Assembly: GCA_043228905.1 (NCBI GenBank)
Contig: JBHGNT010000001.1
Coordinates: 9,548,001-9,612,000 of the forward strand
Length of the DNA: 64,000 nucleotides
Origin: Azolla caroliniana
Taxonomy: Eukaryota; Plantae; Polypodiophyta
Direction of reading: 5' to 3'
Positions 54,769 to 64,000 of the stretch are shown here, in pieces; position 1 is the first letter of the stretch, and each line of letters opens with the position of its first letter. The notes below the pieces were generated by a model. It worked only from the letters and a program-made list of their open reading frames with translations. It did not search any database and was not told the DNA's origin. Both the position numbers and the translations under genes were made by a program.

Positions 54769-57398
54769 CGAAAGAACGATGGCTAAGGATAAGACCAATG
54801 ACTTGAGAGTGGCAAACACCACTTCAGGGGTGGAAGAAGGTTTCAGGATACGAGTGTCTGAAACATCGAGAGAGAAAGGGGTAAGCATAATCGATGCTTG
54901 CAAGATCGAGGGAGATAAAGAGTGCGAGGTGGACGTGATTGAGGAGGAAGTCACGAAAGATGACATCGAGTCAGAGGTGGCTATGGATGAGTCAATGGGG
55001 AATGACCGAGGCAAGAGTCTCCCAACACTAATTACAGAGATTTCGGTCGTTGCGTTCAAAAATCAACGTGAGACCGAAGAGACGGAAGGTGGCGGAGAGA
55101 AAACGAAGGTCGAAGTCGATGCATACAACGGAGAGATAGCCGAGAAGGTGGCTGTGGGTGAAACAATGGAGGACGATAACACTGAGGATTCCTGCCCACT
55201 AATTCTAGAGACTTCGACGGTTGTGTTCAAGAACCAGCGTGAGACTGGACAGACGGGAGGTGGCGGCAAGAAAGGTAAAGTCGGAAGCCGGTTCAGATGG
55301 AAAATGATCCGGACGGAATTCCGATTTGAAAAAAAGCCGACTTGAAAGGGGGTCAACTCAATCAAAACCAATCGACCGAGTTCGTTTCGGCTGAACGCAA
55401 ATACAGATGGAAGTTGACCTAGCCGAAAGCCGATCGAACGAGACCGATCCCGAAAGAAGCTAATTCGACTCACACAACGATCCGGCGCCGAAAGGCACGA
55501 CAACGTTTATTGAGTCAGGAGGTGATGAGACTTCCCACACGTTAGGAGAAAAGAGTAGTGGGGAGCTTCGCCTAAAGAGCTACCCTCATGTCGAGTGGAC
55601 ATTAATCTATACCCAGGACGAAGGAAATTTGCTACTTATTTTTGCAAAATCTAAAGGTGAGGGCAAGTTGCAGGTGGGGAAGACTTTCACCTACGGCCAT
55701 GTAAAGAACATCGAATACAAAGATAATGACTCATCGAACGTCTTGTTTGATGTTGATAGCTTGGTGGGGATATGCAGAGTCAGGATAGATGAACAAAATT
55801 TCATAACTAACTCGTGCCACCGGATAGCTTTGAAAAAAGATGTTCAAACCAAAAATAATTTGATTGTTGCTTTGCGCCCTTATATTAAGGGAGAGCTGAT
55901 GGTTGCGCAAGCAACCACACCACCAAAGTCTGCCAATAAATCAAAACTGGATCATAAGAAGTACAAGAAAAGGCAACAGCCTGAGGACGAGCCCGAGGTA
56001 CTCGAGTTCGTGGTAGATGAGGAGGAAGATACCGAGTTCAAAGTTATTCCTCCAGGGGGCCACATTGCATCGAGAATACTCACGTCAAAGCAAAATCGGA
56101 TCAGAGAAAACATTGTAAAGATGAAGGTTGTCCGTAAAGGACAACTATTTCACTTGCTAATCTCCTCTATTCAGAGGCCACCCATTGATCCTGAAACAGC
56201 AAGATGGGCTCTAGAAATAAGAGAGTCACATTTAGTGCATGTGCAAAACTTAAAAAGAAAAATGAAGATAAATTCACATGCCACTGTAGTGTCATTCTTA
56301 GTAATGGTAGACCCTGATTAGTGCCCAACTGTTCTGGACTTTAAGTACAGTTGGGCTGACAACTACACATACTACGTGATTGGAGGATCCCACTCTGCTG
56401 AAGCTCAACGTCAACTTGTGAAGGAGTATCCTCTTACCCCATTCTTCAAATATGCAGAATGTAAAGTGTACGTTGGCCTTACACATGAAGAAGTCATGTT
56501 GCTAGTTTGGGGTCATAACAATGATAATGACTACAGATAGACGATGCCATGTATCGAGTGCATCAAGTTCTTCCATCACGAGTACCTTGATGTGTTGCAA
56601 AATTTTGGTCCTAGGCTGCATCCTGGATTGCAACGATAATGTCTGCTTGAAGTGGGGATAACAGTTGACGAAAGCACCAAGTCTGAAGGCCTAAGGAAAT
56701 ATGACTCGTGGTTTCAACTTGCGTTGAGAACAAGGGAGGTGTGGGATCTCCAATATCAAATTTTTAGTATGTGGGAGGGAAAAAGAAATAAAGGGTCAAA
56801 GATCAAAGAAGGCTAAGCTCGACCCACAAGTGGAGATGAAGTCTAAGTCACATAAAAGGAACTTAGTAATTGAAGAATTAGCCGAGGATATGAAGTTGCT
56901 TCCGTGGCGGACATTGCAAGGAATCAAAGATGACAGATTATTAATATCTGTATTATCAAGAGTGGTCGCCAAGGAGTTCAGTCTTCATGAAATGGTTACA
57001 GAGTTTCAAAAGTGAGTATTCTATGTGATGCCTTATTTTCATTGTATTGTGGGAATAATTTGCTCTTTATAATAACCTTACTTTCTTTTAATTTTTAGCC
57101 ATAAGGTTTATATGAAGATACAAGAGTTGATGATGACAAAATTGCCCCTGCCTACGTGGGAAGAGGTGGAGCAATCATACCCCAAAACATCATCATACAA
57201 GGCTCTTGAAGAATTCTTCATTGTGTTTAGAGAATGGGTATGTATGTTTTACAAATATAAAACACCACGTAGACCAATATGCCCCATCTCCTCCTCCTTG
57301 ACCATGATTCACATTGATTGAGGCGAGTCAATCATACAAGAACTTGATTTTGATGGTGTGGTCATTGACAAAAATATGTTTTTGTTGTACAGACTTCA

Positions 57399-60235
57399 GT
57401 TTGATTCGTAAGAAAGCTGACAAAGAGAGCTTTCTTGTATTAAAATTTGGGATAACAAAGCAAACATAGTGATATAATAAAACACCTCACATAATAATAT
57501 GACCTATGAGACCAAAAATATTACATTTCACGTGATACGTGTGAAAGTGAGTAGCAACTCTCGATGTTCAAGAACTCTACCAATGAATGTTACAATCAAG
57601 AGTGCACATTGTGGTTGTGAGAGAAATTCGTGCAAGGATTGGGCTTGGTCGAAAATGTGTGGAAAGGATGGTCGAATATGATCATAGGCAGAGCATTGTA
57701 TCAAAGTTTGATTCGTAAGAAAGCTTACAAGGAGAGCTTTCTTGTATTAAAATTTGGGATAACAAAGCAAACATAGTGATATAATAAAACACCTCACATA
57801 ATAATATGACCTATGAGACCAAAAATATTACATTTCACGTGATACGTGTGAAAGTGAGTAGCAACTCTCGATGTTCAAGAACTCTACCAATGAATGTTAC
57901 AATCAAGAGTGCAGATTGTGGTTGTGAGAGAAATTCATGCAAGGATTGGGCTTGGTCGAAAAAGTGTGGAAAGGATGGTCGAATATGATCATAGGCAGAG
58001 CATTGTATCAAAGTTTGATTCGTAAGAAAGTTGACAAAGAGAGCTTTCTTGTATTAAAATTTGGGATAACAAAGCAAACATAGTGATATAATAAAATTAG
58101 TGTCATTGAGATTAAGGTAGTTCTTTGGGGTTGTTACTTTTGGAGTCTAAGAAGATGGTATTGTTTTCCTAATAGTGTATTAAAGTATTCCTTTCTCTTC
58201 CTCTTCTTTTCTCTATCTTTTTCTATATCTCTCCATCGCATACTATGGACTATTTACAAATATGACCAGTGATAGGCACTCCACCATGGAAGGTTGTGCT
58301 ACCAATTCAACTCGGATAGCTAGTGTGCATGGGGAGGCTTTAGGACCATATGGTTGCACCATACATGAGGGCAAAAAGGACCACAATGTCAAATAACCAT
58401 GCTTTGGCACAGGGTCTCTTGGAAGACTTCTTTGTAGCACAATCATATGAGTCCATGTAAATCCTCATGGTCTCTTAGTCAATAATAAATGAGCGCATAT
58501 GGATACTCACGGTCTCTTGGTCTTGAGTTCTTTGTAGTTTCCTTTTTGTGTTTTCAAAAAAAACAGAGATGATAATGTAATCTTACAATGATTATGCTTT
58601 TATAATCCTCTCTGTCCAATCAATCATGGTTATGCATTAACCATAAATTCTTACATGATTACAACATGGAAGCTCCCTACACCTTAGAGTTTTCTAAAAT
58701 AAGTATATACTAATGTACTTCAGTTGTAAACATTCTATAGGGTATACCGTATACATATATCTATAGTTCTTAACACAAGGACCAACTATAGGGCACCTAT
58801 AGTTACTATTGATTAGCCTTACTACAATCCCTTGTAGTGTAATAAATGTTCAATTGTATGGTAATTAGGTGCTTGTGTGGTAATTAGGTGCAGAACAGGG
58901 GATGAACTCAAGCATATTTTCTCGTATGTCTATGTAGAAGAACATTAGGGTTAGGGTATGGTTGTGGAATTGACATGTAAAGTGAAGGGAGCTATGGTAG
59001 AAAGTAGTGGAATGTTGTAACATATTGACTTGTGGATGTGGAAAATATTAAGCAGAAATTAATATATTAATATATATTAATAGTTAGTACTTGTTATGAA
59101 TACGGTTTCCTTCATGAGAAGGAAACCGTAAGTGTATTGGTGGTGGTCTATATAAAGGCACCACCAACATTGTAACTATTAGGGCGTTTTAATATAATAA
59201 ATGATTTACAATTTCCCTCATCTCTCTCTCTCTTCTTTCTATCTCTCTTTCTCTTCTTTCCCAACATCCCAACATGGTATCAGAGCCAAATTATCTATAA
59301 CCTATAGTCTATGCCTTTCTTAAATCACAAAACACATCCCCCCATCATAATTTAACTTTCATGCCCATAGGAAAAATAATCATATTCATAGTGTCTAAGA
59401 TCGTCAAGTAACGAAAGATGATTTTGTGTTTGCCATGCGCTGATCCGGACAACCCTCTGCAATAATGGCACAATCGATGTCGTCGTCGCAACTCAACATG
59501 TGAAAATTCACGATCGAGAAATTTTCGAACACAAATTATCAAATTTTGGAAGGAAAGATTAGAATTACTTTTTAAATATAATAAAGTATGGGACATACTT
59601 TCAAGATCGTCGACAAAACCTGAAAAAGGCAAAGAACTTGAAGAATATGAAGAAAAAGACGTGTGCAAGAATGGAAATTCTTATGCACGTAAGTGATGGC
59701 ACCGGAGAAACATTGTGAAAAATGGAGACGGCTCATGAAATGTGGAAGCACTTACAAACTATCTACGAGCCGAAAAACGATGCCCAACAAGCGCATACAC
59801 TTCAAGTGCTTGTTAATTACAAAATGAATGACGAACAACCGGTTGGTGAATTTCTATTAATATGGCAAAAGAAATTAGATGATGTGTTAAATTCTGGATT
59901 AGAAATCCACGATAAATTACAAAAGAGTCTCCTTCTTGGAGCTCTTCCTCACTCATGGTCTACTTTTAGAACCACCCAAAACTCTATAAATTATCCAACG
60001 TTAATTGATCTTCTTGCAAACATTAGACAGGAGGAAACAATTCGTTCACAAAGGTCTTCAAATTCAACTCCAAGTGTGGCAATGGTAGCATACAAGAACA
60101 AAAGGTTCACCCAAAGAGGAGAAAGGTCGAAGCCGTGGATAAAGAAAGATCAAAACACAAAACAAGGAGGAATGCGGTTCAACAATACCTATTGTAAAAT
60201 ATGCAAACGTACAAATCATACAACCAAAGATTGTC
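57399..60235 (-). repeat. Inverted segmental copy of ~27295-29820 (307-bp repeats, LINE-2 fragment, copia C LTR ~58933-59274, PBS 59275-59287, gag)
   Basis: Reverse-complement match, including the non-TE spacer between the LTR and the LINE fragment. Gag ORF 59722 matches 27110-27808 up to KDC. Confidence 0.92.
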
Positions 60236-60689
60236 GGGTCGAAGCATGCTACGGTGTACCAACTTTTGGCCAAAAATTTAGTACTAAATCGAAGAAGAAA
60301 ATAAACATTAAAAATTGTAAATAAGTTTCAAAAAACAAAAAACAAATTCATTACGTCACACTCGAATGCACAAAGATATTGTACGTCACACTCGAAATGT
60401 CCCTAGGCCATATTTAATACATTAATTGTTGCCCCAGTCTCCTAGGTAGAGTTGTACAAAAGCACACCTGGAGAAGGTATCCATTGTGACAGTTGGTCAG
60501 TCTCAGTATCTCTCTCTCTCTCTCTCTCTCTCTGGTATGGGTAGTCGAACGTGTCAATTGGTATGTCTCTCTCTCTCACTCACTCACTCTCTCTCTCTCT
60601 CTCTCTTCTGTCTCGAAGTTGTCAAACAGACAGTGGCAGAAAGTTAAAGAAAGACAACATATCTATTACAGGTCTATCTCTCTCTTTCT

Positions 60690-61430
60690 CTCTCTCACTC
60701 CACCTTCGATTCTCTGTTTCCCCGCGTAGCTGTTCTTGTGTTCCCCTCTGTGCCAGGTTCGATCTCTGAACGCAGAGATTTTTGTTTCCCCTGCTCGTTG
60801 TATGTGTTGTTGATTTTCCTTCCTTGTGTATGCTCGTTTGTTTCCTCTGTCTATGCTCGTTTGTCTCCTCTGCAGTAGCCTCGTTTGTCGAAATCAACAC
60901 GGTGTGGTACCTCTACAAGTTGTACGACCTCCAGGTATTCTCTGTGTTGCATGCCCAACTGGTATGTTTTCTTTTTCTGAATGTTTCCTGTCTGTCTGTT
61001 TTTTATTTGCATGTGTATGGCCATTTTTAGGGTTTGATTATTCATAGTCTATGTGTTGCTCTCTCTCACTCCACCTTCGATTCTCTGTTTCCCCGCGTAG
61101 CTGTTCTTGTGTTCCCCTCTGTGCCAGGTTCGATCTCTGAACGCAGAGATTTTTGTTTCCCCTGTTCGTTGTATGTGTTGTTGATTTTCCTTCCTTGTGT
61201 ATGCTCGTTTGTTTCCTCTGTCTATGCTCGTTTGTCTCCTTTGCAGTAGCCTCGTTTGTCGAAATCAACACGGTGTGGTACCTCTACAAGTTGTACGACC
61301 TCCAGGTATTCTCTGTGTTGCATGCCCAACTGGTATGTTTTCTTTTTCAGAATGTTTCCTGTCTGTCTGTTTTTTATTTGCATGTGTATGGCCATTTTTA
61401 GAGTTTGATTATTCATAGTCTATGTGTTGC
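60690..61430 (+). repeat. 371-bp tandem duplication
   Basis: ctctctcactccaccttcgattctctgtttcccc at ~60691 and ~61062, with near-identical units. Confidence 0.92.
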
Positions 61431-61933
61431 ATGCCCAACTGGTATGTTTTTGTTTTCTCTGTGTTTCTCTGTGTTTCTTTTAAAAATGTATGACAATATT
61501 TTGATCGAGGTGGTTGTTTGTTAGACATGTTTGTACATGCAACGTAAATGGAGTTGGCTATGATGAGTTGCTATGTTTTCGTTTTGTTCTTGTTTCCTGT
61601 CCATCTATTTTATTTTGTGTGAGTTTGACATGGATGAGTGTTTTTCCGACTATTTTGGGTTTTTGTGTGTTTGACATGGCTTGTACATGCGGTGTGATGG
61701 AGTTGGCTATGATGATTTACAATGTTTTTGTTTTCTTTGACTTTCCTATCCGTCTGTTTTTATTGTCTGTGTGTTTGACATGGATGAGTTTTTTTCCGAC
61801 TATTTAGGGTTATTGTGTGTTTGACATGGTTTGTACATGCAATGTGATGATTTGCTATGTGTTGATGGTAATTGCTTGAGTTTTCTTCTAGTACATGCAT
61901 ATTCATTCCCTGAGAATTGTGTTGACTAGGACA

Positions 61934-63265
61934 ATGACGAGAAGGACACCCATAAAGAAGACATTGATGAAAGACAAAGTGAAGACACCAGTGAAGGAAG
62001 GAAGAAGGACACCCATGAAAGAAAGCAAGAAGACACCCACAAGAGAAAGGGTGATGAATTCATCAACACAGAGAAAGAAGATGTACCACTCCATCAGTCA
62101 AGACACACCTCTTGGATGGAATTATTTCCTTCGAGCACGACCTGACGTTTATCCAGAGCTGAGAGAGTGGTTGTTAAAAACCAGGGGGTCAGCACATCCC
62201 GACACAAGGCGAGGATTCCACATAAGTGGTTTGAAGAGGGAATACATGAATTTATTGAAGACGAGATACGAACATGTTTATGATACAAATCAAATCACTA
62301 ACAATGAGGTGGGTACTATTTTTGCACGTGCTTTTGCATGTGAAGTTCAAGGTGGCATTGACGTAAATTGGGAAGATTTTAATCGGCACCGGTCAGAACA
62401 TTACAAAGGGTCCTCCAGTACCAACACTGGCTTGAAGTCATCTGGAACCTCTCATGTGGATATTCTAGCTATAACACCTGTCCACCAAGTTCTAGAGGCA
62501 AAGGTACGGGCCACAATGACTGAAAAGCATGAACAGATGATGGCCGGTTGCATAGCTTCTATGAGCTCAAGAATACAAACACTACTTGCTGATATGGAAG
62601 CAATTAAATCAGCTGAGATACAGGCAGAAAAGAAATTTTCTTCAATAAAAACTACATATGAATGGATTGCATCGACAATCCAAAATTCAGAAAGTGAGGT
62701 GTTGAAAGAGGAGTTGAAGAAAGAGCTAAACAATATGGGCACTCAATTAGGTTCACAGATGAGAGACCTTGATACTTGCAGGAATGCACATGAAGAAATA
62801 GATAATAAGTTGTCAGCCTTAAAGTTGCATTCTGAGAACCTTGCATGCTTGATGCAGGATTTAAAACAAAATGGTTTTGATACTTTGTGTCCATCTGTAA
62901 TTGAGCACCCAAGTGGTATAGAAAGTACCATTATTAGTATAGCTATATCACGGTATTGGCTTTAAAAGTTATTTATTTCTACTTCTCTGGTATAAATAAG
63001 TGAGCAGCTAATATATTATAACTTGTGTTTGCAATCTTCCAGGTGTATATTTTGTGGCCTCAGATTCAAGCTGGAGGCTATGGATGTTGTGATTACACCA
63101 TGCTTGCACACATATCATGTGCTATGTGCTAAGTATCATTTTGAGAAAGAGAATACATGTATGGACTGTAAAACTACAATTGCGGCTGAGTGGTACTATG
63201 CTTGGGGTTTAAAAGTACACCCGTACGATATGTGGCTCTACTATTCTATTGTTTGTATTATATGA
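61934..63265 (+). CDS. Transposon-borne protein: TPxK/R-repeat N-terminus, coiled coil and RING-H2-like finger (exons 61934-62952, 63043-~63265)
   Basis: In-phase GT-AG intron at 62953-63042. CIFC..PCLHTYHVLC..CMDC fits the C3H2C3 RING pattern. No stops in the joined frame; the 3' end is uncertain. Confidence 0.75.
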
Positions 63266-64000
63266 TGTCAATTAACATTTGGACTAGAACTAGTGTATGC
63301 CACAACTCATACTTCAAATTTAGCGTAATCTCTAACAACTATTATGTGGAACCCTAATTATGTGGGTTAGTATTGGTAGTACTCTTAATATATAATTGGT
63401 ATGTGTAGTTGAGGATATTTTCCATAACTAGTAGTACTAAAAGGGAACCAGGTACAACATCGTCCAATCTATATTGCAACTTGCCTAGTATTAGTTTAGT
63501 AAACACTATACTTATAGTACACTGTTGACTGTTAGTATTGTTTGTGTAACTTGGGAATTAGTACTAGTAATGTAATTTGGGAACAAGGTGTATAGTAAAT
63601 TGCTGAATAATAGTACAATTATTGTAATTTGGAAATGAGGTGTGTCAAACACACATCACGTTTAGTACTAATACTGTTCAAGATTAATACTGTTGGTGTA
63701 ATTAGTACAAGTTATGTAACTAGGTGTGTAGAAGACATATCATGTTTAGTATTACTTGTGTGCAAAATACCAATCTACATTTGTTGGATTAGTACTTAGT
63801 AAGTACTACATGGTTCATGATTAGTACTAGTTCTGTACTTTGTGAACTAAGTTACTAGTACATTGCTCATGATTAATACTAGTTTTGTAATTTGGGAACT
63901 GAGTAGTACTTTGTTCCTTATTAGTACTAGTTTTGTACCTTATTAGTACTAGATCAGTAATCTAGAAAATAAGTGAGGAGTACATTTTGTAGGATTAGTA

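Larger units (their letters stand above)
44567..55502. mobile_element. 10.9-kb composite of Trp-primed gag-only LTR elements, bounded by inverted TGTCGTGCCTTTCGGC ends, TSD ACGT
   Basis: ACGT at 44563-44566 and 55503-55506. PBS TGGTGAACCCGACGTGAA at 48578-48595. Gag-like ORFs (RQFNGKDASCYL) at 48591-49366 continue at 54774-55345. No pol found. Confidence 0.78.
44508..57237 (+). pseudogene. Spliced gene for a ParB/Srx-like domain protein, split by the 44567-55502 insertion (coding 44508-44566 + 55507-~57012, further exon ~57099-57237; first exon 44198-44223 or 44399-44445)
   Basis: Removing the insertion and one ACGT gives an open frame ESQQKVPSVKLKIPPQQKTFIESGG...YPHVEWTLIY... that joins ORF 55629-56321. 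After a TAG stop it continues YYVIGGSHSAEA...KVYVGLTHEEVMLLVWGHNN. The domain call is by eye. Confidence 0.65.
60236..64000 (+). mobile_element. GGG-ended putative DNA transposon inserted in copia gag; other end not found in the window
   Basis: Copia similarity stops abruptly at 60235. The first ~40 bp match the terminus at 15157. Superfamily unassigned. Confidence 0.6.

Overview
Eukaryotic, land-plant-type DNA (GT-AG introns, plant tRNA primer sites, plant-type telomere motif; a non-seed plant such as a bryophyte is likely but is inference). The window is dominated by nested, decayed transposons around one intact host gene, a 7-exon ferric reduction oxidase (FRO, ~19558-23567). Elements present: RTE-like LINEs ending in (CT)n tails, three Ty1/copia families (two insertions complete with LTRs, PBS, PPT and 5-bp TSD), tRNA-Trp-primed gag-only LTR elements, a hAT transposase relic, a Sola-like transposase relic, and a GGG-ended element carrying a RING-finger gene. 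The FRO neighbourhood has been segmentally duplicated, and one copy has lost almost the whole gene. The most interesting signal appears after removing a 10.9-kb insertion (4-bp TSD ACGT). This restores a spliced gene with a ParB/Srx-like motif, divergent from the Sola-like transposase. Two diverged relatives of this gene each have an array of ~43-45-bp palindromes just upstream of the same splice acceptor, which suggests a transposon-borne ParB-like protein plus palindrome-array module. All family assignments come from motifs read by eye, not from database searches.
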